Positions 38,334 through 47,325 of a stretch of DNA of 64,000 nt are shown one piece after another. Position 1 is the stretch's first letter. Each line of letters begins with the position of its first letter. The notes below the pieces were generated by a model. The model worked only from the letters and a program-made list of their open reading frames with translations, made no database searches and was not told the DNA's origin. A program made the position numbers and the translations under genes. The DNA comes from Clostridia bacterium (GTDB taxonomy: Bacteria; Bacillota; Clostridia; Christensenellales; UBA1242): positions 139,744 through 203,743 of the forward strand of contig JAZNFA010000008.1 of the NCBI GenBank assembly GCA_045588915.1. Reading direction: 5' to 3'.

Positions 38334-39242
38334 GTGCCATCTTTGTTAGAAATTTTAGGTATATTACTGGAGTTTATTCCACAAGTTTTTGTTTTGTATT
38401 TTATTCTTGCACTTTTCGAAAAAAGTGGAGTGTTGGGAAAGTTTGCACAATTTTTCCATTTACCAGTTAATAATGTTTTGCCAATTTGTTTAACATTTAA
38501 TTGTACAACAATGGCAGTTTGTGCTGCTCGTGATAATCCTTATCGCAAAAATTTAGTCTATTTTTTGTCTTTAATTCCTTGTACAGCACAATTACCGTTA
38601 TTAACTTTTCTTCTTTTAACTGTTATTAAATTCCCACTATGGTCAATTTTTTTACTCTATTTTGTTGCAATTTTTATTGGAATTATCTTTTTGTTGATTC
38701 TACCACGTAACAAGAAAAAAAATGAATATTATCAAAATGTTATAGTTAAATGGCCTAATATCTGGGAATGTTGTTGTGATACATTGAAACAAACAATAAT
38801 CTTTGCTAAAAAAATTTTTATAGCTTTTACCGTAAGCGCTTTTGTTATTGTCTTTTTGGCTCGTTTTTCTTTTCATTTTAAATTTGTTTCAAATCCGGAA
38901 GAATCAATTTTATTTTCAATTTGTGGTTTTTTTACGCCACTTTTTACACCTATTGGTTTAAATCAACCAGTAGTTATTTGTGCGTTACTGTTTGGCATCA
39001 TAGCTAAAGAAGCAGCAGTTTCAGTTTTATTATTTTTTCCAAATATCGTTAATGTTCTAACAATTCCTGTTGTTTTGTCTTTAGTGACTTTCTTTACGTT
39101 TTATCCAAAATGTTTAGCTGCACAAACTGCAATTAATCATCATTGTGGACGCAAAACTAGTTGGAAGGTCTTTTTTATGAATTTGTTGCTTGCATACAGT
39201 TTAAGTTTTGTTGTATATAATCTATGTGGCTTTTTTATCTGA
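38334..39242 (+). CDS. FeoB-type membrane (gate / nucleoside-recognition) domain protein without the GTPase domain, possibly a remnant
   Basis: IPQVFVLYFILALFEKSGVLGKF and LTFNCTTMAVCAARDNPYRKNLVYFLSLIPCTAQLP resemble the FeoB core (LGFGCNVPAIMATR...PFMSCSARLP). GTG start 11 nt after secF. Confidence 0.6.
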   Translation: MPSLLEILGILLEFIPQVFVLYFILALFEKSGVLGKFAQFFHLPVNNVLPICLTFNCTTMAVCAARDNPYRKNLVYFLSLIPCTAQLPLLTFLLLTVIKFPLWSIFLLYFVAIFIGIIFLLILPRNKKKNEYYQNVIVKWPNIWECCCDTLKQTIIFAKKIFIAFTVSAFVIVFLARFSFHFKFVSNPEESILFSICGFFTPLFTPIGLNQPVVICALLFGIIAKEAAVSVLLFFPNIVNVLTIPVVLSLVTFFTFYPKCLAAQTAINHHCGRKTSWKVFFMNLLLAYSLSFVVYNLCGFFI

Positions 39243-40260
39243 TTATGATTATGAATTACCAGAAGAAATGATTGCGTCTGCACCAATGGAACCTCGTGAT
39301 GCTTGTCAAATGTTGGTTTACAATCGTAACAATTCTCATACACAAATAACAAAATTTAGAGATGTCTTATCGTATTTGCAAAGTGGCGATGTTGTTGTTG
39401 TTAATGAAACACGCGTGATTCCAGCAAGATTATTGGGTAAAAAAACAACAGGTGCACAAATCGAAATTTTACTCTTAAAGAAACTTTCATTAACAAATTA
39501 TGAAGTATTAGTAAAACCTTTGCGTCGACTGAAAAATGGCGATAGTGTAGATATTGCCGGTAAAATAAAAGCTACATTGATTAGTAAAGATACTGAGACG
39601 GGTACAGCTGAAATGCAGCTAATATGTGCTGATGGTTCGCAAAATTTAGAAGCAGTGATTGATGAAGTTGGCGAAATACCTTTACCTCATTATATTCAAA
39701 ATGGTCACGCTACCAAAGAAAATTATAATACTGTTTATGCAAAAATTGATGGAAGTGCAGCTGCACCAACTGCTGGGCTACATTGGACGACTGAACTAAT
39801 AAACCAGGCTCGTGCAAAAGGTGTTATTTTTGCTCCTGTAGTTTTGGATGTTGGATTAGGGACTTTTCGACCTGTTAAAGTCGATGATATAACACAACAT
39901 AAAATGCACGAAGAACGATATGAAATTCCAGCAAGTACGGCTGAAATCATTAATGAAGCTTTGCGTGAAGGGCGTAGAATTATCGCGACTGGTACAACCA
40001 GTTTACGTACGTTAGAAGGTTGTTTTGCTAAATATGGCGAAATTAAAGCCGTGACAGATGTTACTAATATCTTTATCTATCCACCATATCAGTTTAATGT
40101 AATATCAGGTTTAATTACTAATTTTCATTTGCCAAAATCAACTTTATTGATGCTAGTTGCTGCTTTTGTTGGACGTGAAAAAGTTTTAGAACTTTATGAA
40201 ATGGCAAAGAAAAATAATTTTCGCTTCTATTCGTTTGGCGATTGTATGTTTTTACAGTAA
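39226..40260 (+). CDS. queA: S-adenosylmethionine:tRNA ribosyltransferase-isomerase (GTG start; TTG 39208 alternative)
   Basis: LSDYDYELPEEMIA N-terminus, AAPTAGLHWT and GTTSLRTLE motifs. Confidence 0.94.
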   Translation: MAFLSDYDYELPEEMIASAPMEPRDACQMLVYNRNNSHTQITKFRDVLSYLQSGDVVVVNETRVIPARLLGKKTTGAQIEILLLKKLSLTNYEVLVKPLRRLKNGDSVDIAGKIKATLISKDTETGTAEMQLICADGSQNLEAVIDEVGEIPLPHYIQNGHATKENYNTVYAKIDGSAAAPTAGLHWTTELINQARAKGVIFAPVVLDVGLGTFRPVKVDDITQHKMHEERYEIPASTAEIINEALREGRRIIATGTTSLRTLEGCFAKYGEIKAVTDVTNIFIYPPYQFNVISGLITNFHLPKSTLLMLVAAFVGREKVLELYEMAKKNNFRFYSFGDCMFLQ

Positions 40261-40269
40261 AATATATTT

Positions 40270-40836
40270 ATGACAGCAAAAGAAGAGTTTATTGAAATTT
40301 ATCAAAAGAACATTAAACGTGAAGGCGCTGATAAAATTTTAAGTTGGCTGGAAAGTACTGATTTTTTTACTTGTCCGGCATCAACTAGATTTCATAATAA
40401 TTTTGAAAGTGGGTTAGTTGACCATTCGGTTAAGGTTTATCATCGTTTAAAGAAAATTGTAGCCGATGAAAAATTAAACGTTAGTGATGAAACTGTAGCG
40501 ATTGTTTCTTTGTTACATGACGTTTGTAAAGCGAATACCTATAAAGTGGATTTTCGTAATGTAAAACGTGACGGTGAATGGGTTAAAGAACCATATTATA
40601 CCGTCGATGATCCATTACCTTATGGGCATGGTGAAAAGTCTGTGTACATCATTTCTAGTTTTATGAAGATTACACGTGAGGAAGCTATGGCAATTAACTG
40701 GCATATGGGACCTTACGATGCGCGTAATGCAAATGGTAGTTATGTGTTATCAGATGCATTCAAAAAATTTCCTTTAAGTTTGTTAATGTTTATTGCTGAT
40801 ATTGGCAGTACTTATCTCGACGAAACTATTAAATAA
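40270..40836 (+). CDS. HD-domain phosphohydrolase
   Basis: H..(LLHDVCK) HD motif, 188 aa. Confidence 0.75.
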   Translation: MTAKEEFIEIYQKNIKREGADKILSWLESTDFFTCPASTRFHNNFESGLVDHSVKVYHRLKKIVADEKLNVSDETVAIVSLLHDVCKANTYKVDFRNVKRDGEWVKEPYYTVDDPLPYGHGEKSVYIISSFMKITREEAMAINWHMGPYDARNANGSYVLSDAFKKFPLSLLMFIADIGSTYLDETIK

Positions 40837-41805
40837 TTATAACTTTACCATATCAGCGGCTTTGATACGAATATCCTCACTGATTGCAGCGTAGTGCTTT
40901 TTGGTTGTATTGATATCTTTGTGTCCAAGAATATCGGCAACAATATATATATCTTTGGTTGCTTTGTAAAGATTAGTCCCATAAGTTGAACGTAATTTAT
41001 GTGGACTAATCTTTTTTAATGGAGCAGCAACAGATGCATATTTTTTAACGATGTTTTCAATCGCACGGACAGACAAACGGCGACCACATTTTGTAAACAA
41101 AGGAGTGTTAGGCGTCCATTCAAATAAACTAAAGTAATTTGTAAATTTATCGTGTAGTTGTTGTCCCATATGTAAAATAGTTTGTTTACCACCTTTACGG
41201 GTGATAAGAAAAGTTTTATTTTTTAAATCAATATCTTGATAATCTAAACCAACTAATTCACTTACACGTATTCCCGAAAGTAAAAATAAACTAATGATCA
41301 TTTCATCTCGTGGATTTTTAGCAGCAGCTGCAATCATTTTCGTAACTTCATCATCAGTTAAACGTAAGATACTTTTTTCGTGTAATTTGGGTAAATCTAT
41401 CTTCGTCATAATGTTTTCTTTTAAATCACCACGACGATAAAAATATTTAAAGAATGAACGTAAAGTTGCCATTTTGCGCATTTTGCCACGTTCACCATTT
41501 ATGTATTCAGCGTCTTTTTTACGGTAATGAGTTAAATAAGAAATATATAATTCGATATCGTCGATTGTAATTTTATTTAAGTCTGCCTTCTCAAAACTTG
41601 TTATAGCATACTGGTTAAAATGTTCAGTTTCATTGATTAAATAATTAAAAAATATTTCTAAATCACGAGCATAGCCTAACCTTGTTAATGGGGAAGTTGT
41701 TTGCTCAATTCCTAAAAAAAAAGCGTGACAAAAAGGTGGCAAACCTTCGAGTACGTGGTTTAATTGATTAATTGTTTGAATATCACGTTCAATCACGTAT
41801 TTCAT
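40837..41805 (-). CDS. Tyrosine site-specific recombinase (XerC/XerD-like)
   Basis: C-terminal catalytic residues in HKLRSTYGT and LGHKDINTTKKHY. N-terminal SAM-like core-binding domain. Confidence 0.85.
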   Translation of the reverse strand: MKYVIERDIQTINQLNHVLEGLPPFCHAFFLGIEQTTSPLTRLGYARDLEIFFNYLINETEHFNQYAITSFEKADLNKITIDDIELYISYLTHYRKKDAEYINGERGKMRKMATLRSFFKYFYRRGDLKENIMTKIDLPKLHEKSILRLTDDEVTKMIAAAAKNPRDEMIISLFLLSGIRVSELVGLDYQDIDLKNKTFLITRKGGKQTILHMGQQLHDKFTNYFSLFEWTPNTPLFTKCGRRLSVRAIENIVKKYASVAAPLKKISPHKLRSTYGTNLYKATKDIYIVADILGHKDINTTKKHYAAISEDIRIKAADMVKL

Positions 41806-41927
41806 TAATATTTTTTTAACATAAAATAAGAAAATTTTCTATAACTTTTTTTCACTTCGTCATCATCTTACATTTTTTGATTTGTTTAGCATAAATCTGT
41901 CATTGAAAACATACTTATCATATTGTC

Positions 41928-42440
41928 ATGGCAGTTATTTTAACATTTGCATTTGCTTTTGGTTCAGCAATGTATGCTTTTGATAATAAATATTTGTTAG
42001 TTGTTGTAGTGCTATTGTTCTATTTAATTATTCAAAAAATATTGCAATGGCATCGGCGACAGAAGTTTTTACACCGTACTAAAATTGAATATAAAGGTAA
42101 AAGTGTTCAGATTAATGCATTATTAGACTCAGGGAATACCTTAATCGATCCGGTATCGCAAGTGCCAGTTTCAATTATCTCATTAGCTGTTTTTTTAGAA
42201 ATGTTTCCAGATATTTCGGCAGATAAAATTATTGAAAATAAACTAGAGTCCTGTATCAATAATGGTCATTATATTAAATGTCAAACGGTAAACGGAAAAA
42301 GTAAAATGTTTGTTTTTCAACCGGATAAAATTCAAGTTAATGGGACAACTGTACATAGTTTGCTTGGCGTAAGTACGCAAAATTTTTGTAATCAAAAGTA
42401 TGATGCAATTTTAAACATAAAATTAGGGGGTATATTATGA
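41928..42440 (+). CDS. spoIIGA: SpoIIGA-like sigma-E processing aspartic protease, minimal form (170 aa)
   Basis: LLDSGNTLIDPVSQVPVSI matches the SpoIIGA DTGNxLxDPxT active-site block. Only about 2 N-terminal TM helices. In-frame stop 24 nt upstream of the ATG. Directly precedes and overlaps sigE. Confidence 0.75.
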   Translation: MAVILTFAFAFGSAMYAFDNKYLLVVVVLLFYLIIQKILQWHRRQKFLHRTKIEYKGKSVQINALLDSGNTLIDPVSQVPVSIISLAVFLEMFPDISADKIIENKLESCINNGHYIKCQTVNGKSKMFVFQPDKIQVNGTTVHSLLGVSTQNFCNQKYDAILNIKLGGIL

Positions 42441-43159
42441 ATTTTATTTCAAAAGCAATCACATTATTTAAACGCATTTATTGTGAAAAAGATGATGATA
42501 ACTCATCAGGTGTGTTTTTTATTAATGGCACGGAAGCACTTGAACGCCCATTGCCAAAAGCAGAAGAAGAGTTATTATTACAAGAACTAGATCAAGGGAA
42601 ACCGGAAACACGTCAAAAGTTAATATCGCATAATTTACGCTTGGTAATTTATATTGCAAAAAAATTTGAAAACACAGGAATAGATATTGAAGACTTAATT
42701 AGTATTGGCTCAATTGGCTTAATTAAAGCTGTTAATAGTTTTAAGTACGATAAAAATATTAAATTAGCTACGTATAGTAGTCGTTGTATTGAAAATGAAA
42801 TTTTAATGTATCTTCGTAAAATCCAAAAAACTCGAAATGATGTTTCAATGGATGAAGCAATCAATTCGGACAGTGAAGGGACGGAAATACGTTTAGGTGA
42901 TGTGATTTGCACAACTGAAAATAATGTTGATGATGAACTAGATATGAAGGTTGAAAAAAATTTATTATGGCTTGCTGTTGATAAATTATCAATTAGGGAG
43001 CAAGAAATTATGCAGTTGCGTTTTGGCTTAGGTGGTGGGAAAGAAAGAACACAAAAAGAAGTTGCAAATATGCTGGATATTTCGCAGTCATATATTTCGC
43101 GTTTAGAAAAAAAGATTTTATCACGTTTAAAGAAGGAGTTTATAAAAATTGATAACTAG
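42437..43159 (+). CDS. sigE: Sporulation sigma factor sigma-E (pro-protein)
   Basis: Close by-eye match to B. subtilis SigE: YIAKKFENTGIDIEDLISIGSIGLIKAVNSF, KLATYSSRCIENEILMYLRK, ISQSYISRLEKKILSRLKKEF. N-terminal pro-sequence present. Confidence 0.92.
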   Translation: MNFISKAITLFKRIYCEKDDDNSSGVFFINGTEALERPLPKAEEELLLQELDQGKPETRQKLISHNLRLVIYIAKKFENTGIDIEDLISIGSIGLIKAVNSFKYDKNIKLATYSSRCIENEILMYLRKIQKTRNDVSMDEAINSDSEGTEIRLGDVICTTENNVDDELDMKVEKNLLWLAVDKLSIREQEIMQLRFGLGGGKERTQKEVANMLDISQSYISRLEKKILSRLKKEFIKIDN

Positions 43160-43196
43160 TCTAGACAACAAATACTAGATATGATATTATTACTTG

Positions 43197-44216
43197 ATGA
43201 CTTTCGTGCATTGGTTAATCATCTTAGTTGTTGTTATTTTAGTTATAACTTTCTATTCTGTTTTTAATATGTCTTTATGGGTGCGTGCCTTTATGTCAGG
43301 TGCGCACGTTTCAATTGCAGAATTGATTTCAATTACTGTTAAAAAACTCGATGCACGTAGTATTGTTAATAATTATATTAAGGCTAAAAAAGCAGGTGTT
43401 GATATTACAATTGCTCAAATTGAAAACCATATGCAAGCACACGGTAACATTGAATTAGTTATCAATGCTTTAATTGCTGCATCTAGTGCAAATTTACAAG
43501 ATTTAGATTTAAAAACGGCAATTGCTGTTGATTTATCTGGCCGTGATATCAATGATGCCGTTAAGCATTGTATTATGCCGCAGATTCTTCAAATCAATGA
43601 TATTACTGCAATTGCCAAAAATGGTATCGAAGTTTCAATTAGTGTCAAGGTAACTTTACGTGTTAATTTAAAAAGAATTATTGGTGGTGCATTAGAAGAA
43701 ACCATCATAGCACGAATTAGTGAAGGTATTATGACAATTGTTGGTAATGCAGCTACACACAATGAGATTTTAGAAAAACCAAACCACATTACCAAAACAA
43801 TTATTGATAATAAAAAGTTAGCAGAAGATACGGCATTTGATATTTTATCACTTGATATTGTCGATATTAAAGTTGGACGAAATGTAGGCGCAGAATTAGA
43901 AATTGATAAAGCAGAAGCAGTAAGATATATCAGTCAGGCTGATGCAGAAAAACGTCGTGCAGAAGCTGTTGCAGCAGAACAAGAAATGCGTGCTTTAACT
44001 CAAGAAATGCGTGCCCGGGTTGTGGCTGCTGAATCCGAAGTTCCAAAGGCTTTAGCTGGTGCATTAAAGTATGGCAGTGTAAACGTTAAAGAATATATGC
44101 AATTAGAAAATTTAAAAAGCGATACTTTAATGCGTAAAGCTTTAAGTGGTAGCGCAAGTTCTGATATGCTAACACCTTCTTTAAATCCACCCAAAAAGAA
44201 AACAAAATTACAATAA
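43197..44216 (+). CDS. floA: Flotillin-like protein FloA (YqfA family)
   Basis: N-terminal TM, then LWVRAFMSGAHVSIAELISI..., SPFH-like core, Ala/Glu-rich coiled C-terminus. Heads a yqf-like gene order. Confidence 0.85.
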   Translation: MTFVHWLIILVVVILVITFYSVFNMSLWVRAFMSGAHVSIAELISITVKKLDARSIVNNYIKAKKAGVDITIAQIENHMQAHGNIELVINALIAASSANLQDLDLKTAIAVDLSGRDINDAVKHCIMPQILQINDITAIAKNGIEVSISVKVTLRVNLKRIIGGALEETIIARISEGIMTIVGNAATHNEILEKPNHITKTIIDNKKLAEDTAFDILSLDIVDIKVGRNVGAELEIDKAEAVRYISQADAEKRRAEAVAAEQEMRALTQEMRARVVAAESEVPKALAGALKYGSVNVKEYMQLENLKSDTLMRKALSGSASSDMLTPSLNPPKKKTKLQ

Positions 44217-44230
44217 AAGGAAAATCTCAA

Positions 44231-44689
44231 ATGACTTTACAAGGTTTGCTTTTTGTAACAATAATACTTTTAATTATAGTTATAATTTTGTTTGCTCTTT
44301 TAGAACGTCTAATGAAAAATAGTCCAAAGAAAAATACTGAAAAAGTGTCTCCTAAAGTTAATAAAGAATTACCTAAGATTATTGAAGAAACAACAAAAGT
44401 TGAAAGTCCTTCAGATATGAAAATATATAATAACGAGTTGGCTGATGATTTAAATGAGATAATTAAAAAATCAAATAATAAAGAAATGCGCTTGCAAATT
44501 GAAAATCATCTCAATAAAAAAGGTAACATTGCAAATTATATTCAAAGTAAAAAATATCGTGGCTTTAATTTCGAATCGGAAGAAGTTATCAATGATGAAT
44601 CAACAGATGTAGAGCTACCATCTTTTACGCAAGAAGATTACAAACGGATTATGGCATTTAGTAATATTGATGATAAAAAATCATTATAA
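44231..44689 (+). CDS. Hypothetical membrane-anchored Lys/Glu-rich protein (in the position of B. subtilis yqfB)
   Basis: Single N-terminal TM. No recognisable motif. Confidence 0.6.
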   Translation: MTLQGLLFVTIILLIIVIILFALLERLMKNSPKKNTEKVSPKVNKELPKIIEETTKVESPSDMKIYNNELADDLNEIIKKSNNKEMRLQIENHLNKKGNIANYIQSKKYRGFNFESEEVINDESTDVELPSFTQEDYKRIMAFSNIDDKKSL

Positions 44690-44695
44690 ATAGTT

Positions 44696-44911
44696 GTGAA
44701 AGATTTTTTTATTCAGCAAAACCAGGATTGTAATGTATGTGTTGGTGGTGTTATTTCTTTAATGAATTTTGCTGATGATAATATTGTAGTTAGGGTTAAA
44801 CGTGGTTTAGTTGAAATTAAAGGAAAAAACTTAATTATTCAACGCTTTGACGAAAATGAAATAACTATTACTGGTAAAATTTTAGGAGTGATGACAAATG
44901 TTAATCATTAA
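44696..44911 (+). CDS. yqfC: Sporulation protein YqfC
   Basis: 71 aa, GTG start. ..VRVKRGLVEIKGKNLIIQRFDENEITITGKI.. pattern and position before yqfD. Confidence 0.75.
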   Translation: MKDFFIQQNQDCNVCVGGVISLMNFADDNIVVRVKRGLVEIKGKNLIIQRFDENEITITGKILGVMTNVNH

Positions 44912-45635
44912 AAATTTTTTTTGTGGACAAGTTGAATTTGTCGTTCAAAACCTGCCACTAACTTGTTTAAATAAATTACGTAATTATAAACTTTCAAAAA
45001 TTCGCATTCAAAATGACATAATTTTTTTTCGTGTTCCATTAATTCACGCCGATGTTGTAAAAAAAATGATATCAAATTTTGAATATAAGACATCAGAAAA
45101 TTATAATATTTTTCGTGGCGTTAATTTCTTGTTAAATCATTTAGTCATTGTTTGTACCTTTATTTTGGCGCTTGTTCTTTATTTCATTGCTGATATGGGA
45201 ATATATCGTGTTTGTGTCCAGACTGACGATGTCACGTTACGACCGGCTGTTTATGAGCATTTAAATCAGCTTGGTATTAACAATTTTTGTTGGAAAAACA
45301 AATTAACCCAACTAGATATTGGAAGCGATTTAATTAGTAATTTTGACCAAATTGCACACGCTCACATATCAGTTTCTGGGAACACTTTAGTAATCAATTT
45401 AGTGACTGCAACTAATCAAAAGCATAAAACTAAAACAAACTATTATGCTCAATATGATGCAGTAATCAAGGAAATCACGACATACAGTGGAAGAGCATTG
45501 GTTACAGTGGGTGATGTCGTTAAAAAAGGTGATTTATTAGTTGAAGATGCATATCCAGATAGCGTAATCGTATTAGGTGAAGTTTCGTTTGTTAATGATG
45601 ATAAAATTAGTCGGTTGGTGATTTGGATTATTTAG
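44898..45635 (+). CDS. yqfD: Sporulation protein YqfD (short form, 245 aa)
   Basis: Central TM helix, GDVVKKGDLLVE C-terminal motif, overlaps yqfC. Confidence 0.7.
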   Translation: MLIIKNFFCGQVEFVVQNLPLTCLNKLRNYKLSKIRIQNDIIFFRVPLIHADVVKKMISNFEYKTSENYNIFRGVNFLLNHLVIVCTFILALVLYFIADMGIYRVCVQTDDVTLRPAVYEHLNQLGINNFCWKNKLTQLDIGSDLISNFDQIAHAHISVSGNTLVINLVTATNQKHKTKTNYYAQYDAVIKEITTYSGRALVTVGDVVKKGDLLVEDAYPDSVIVLGEVSFVNDDKISRLVIWII

Positions 45636-45653
45636 TTTATAATATTATGCTAT

Positions 45654-46031
45654 ATGGAAGTTTTAGATGCAGTATGTCAAGTTTTGGAAATTGATCCAAA
45701 TTCAGTTGAGGTTAATTATGCTTTTGTTTCTTCACGTGAAATTCATCGTTTAAATCAACAATTTCGACAGGTTGATAAAGTTACTGACGTATTGTCTTTT
45801 CCAGATGGTGACCTTAATCCAGAAACTGGACGTCGCTTTATGGGTGATGTTTTAATTTGTCGAGAAGTTGCTAAAAAACAAGCAAAAGAAATAGGTAATA
45901 GCTTGAAGCAAGAAATAACCTTTTTACAAGTTCACGGTACTTTGCATCTTTTTGGGTATGATCACATTGAAGCTGAAGATGAAGTAAAAATGTTTGGACT
46001 ACAACGTAAAATTATGGCATTATTATCATAA
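45654..46031 (+). CDS. ybeY: rRNA maturation endoribonuclease YbeY
   Basis: HGTLHLFGYDH zinc-binding motif. Confidence 0.92.
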   Translation: MEVLDAVCQVLEIDPNSVEVNYAFVSSREIHRLNQQFRQVDKVTDVLSFPDGDLNPETGRRFMGDVLICREVAKKQAKEIGNSLKQEITFLQVHGTLHLFGYDHIEAEDEVKMFGLQRKIMALLS

Positions 46032-46453
46032 TGGAATTTATGTTAAGTAAAGAAATCATTGCACGCTTGATTGATACGGCTAAATCTTATGCTGATAATG
46101 CTTATTGTCCATATTCAGGTATTGCTGTTGGTGCCGCACTATTATGTAGTGATAATATAATTTTAGGTGGTTGTAATATTGAAACAGGTGATTATGCCGC
46201 ACCGTCTTTTGGAGCAGGCGACACAGCAATTGCCAAAGCAATTAGTGAAGGCTATAATCAAATGTTAGCAATGTGTTTTTATTCTAAAGATCACAAAATT
46301 TATCCTAATGCCACAACTCGACAATATTTATGTGAATTTAATGGTGATATTAAAATTATTGTAGCTAATGATGAAACTTACGAGGTGATTGATAGCTTGA
46401 GTGCAATCTATTTGTTTCCACCAGTTACAAGTGATGGAGAACAAAATTCATGA
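46031..46453 (+). CDS. Cytidine deaminase homolog lacking Zn ligands and catalytic Glu (probably inactive)
   Basis: AYCPYSGIAVGAALL..GGCNIE fold signature is retained. CAE is replaced by GAG and PCGACRQ by PNATTRQ. Confidence 0.8.
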   Translation: MEFMLSKEIIARLIDTAKSYADNAYCPYSGIAVGAALLCSDNIILGGCNIETGDYAAPSFGAGDTAIAKAISEGYNQMLAMCFYSKDHKIYPNATTRQYLCEFNGDIKIIVANDETYEVIDSLSAIYLFPPVTSDGEQNS

Positions 46454-47325
46454 GTAACGTTCATAAATGTGGTACAGTAGCTTTACTAGGCGAACCCAAT
46501 GCAGGTAAAAGTACATTGATAAATGCTTTGGTCGGTTGTCAAGTTGCTATTACAGCTCCAGTGGCAGGAACAACCCGTGAAGCGATTCGTGGTATTTTGA
46601 ATACTGAACATTCGCAAATGATTTTTGTTGATACACCAGGTATGCAGCGTGCAACTAATTTGTTAGAACACAAAATGAATCGTATGATTTCCGGGGCAGT
46701 TAAATCGGCAGATGTAATATGTTTCGTGCTCGATATAAATCACGTAACACAAAAGAATCTAACTAAGTTAGCAAATTATGAAGATTTTGGTGTGCCTGTG
46801 ATTGTTGTGATATCTAAAATCGATAGTGCAACGCCAGCGAAACTGTTTCAGATATTAGATCAAATTAAAGCTTACACTTTTGTTAAAGAATTTATTCCAA
46901 TATCAGCGCATAAAAAAATAGGAATTAAAACTTTAATTGAATGTTTAGAAAAATATTTACCAGAGGGTAATGCTATCTATGATGATACAATTTATACGGA
47001 TAGTAGTGAACGCACAATGGCAGCTGAAACAATTCGTGAAGCAATTATTAATCAGTTACATGATGAAATTCCAACAGGTGTTAAAGTAGTAATTACAAAA
47101 TATGAAACAGAGCAACGCACTTTAAATATTGATGCTGATATTATCTGTGATAAACCTAATCATAAAAAAATTATTATTGGTAAGCGTGGTAATTTAATTC
47201 GCTTAATTGGTATAAAAGCACGCCAAAATTTGGAAAAATTACTTGGTAAACACATTGTTTTACACACGTACGTCTTGGTTCGCGAAGGATGGCGTGATCA
47301 ATCAACGTGGATTCAAGATCAATAA
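46450..47325 (+). CDS. era: GTPase Era
   Basis: G1 GEPNAGKST, G3 DTPG, G4 SKID, C-terminal KH domain (GKRGNLIRLIG). Confidence 0.95.
   Translation: MSNVHKCGTVALLGEPNAGKSTLINALVGCQVAITAPVAGTTREAIRGILNTEHSQMIFVDTPGMQRATNLLEHKMNRMISGAVKSADVICFVLDINHVTQKNLTKLANYEDFGVPVIVVISKIDSATPAKLFQILDQIKAYTFVKEFIPISAHKKIGIKTLIECLEKYLPEGNAIYDDTIYTDSSERTMAAETIREAIINQLHDEIPTGVKVVITKYETEQRTLNIDADIICDKPNHKKIIIGKRGNLIRLIGIKARQNLEKLLGKHIVLHTYVLVREGWRDQSTWIQDQ

Noticed and set aside
40837-41927. Tyrosine recombinase as a marker of a prophage, integrative element or invertible promoter
   Set aside because: I found no flanking direct or inverted repeats of useful length (only a 10-bp palindrome, GAAAATTTTC). There are no phage or transfer genes, and the neighbours are housekeeping or sporulation genes. 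It is most simply a XerC/D-type chromosomal recombinase.
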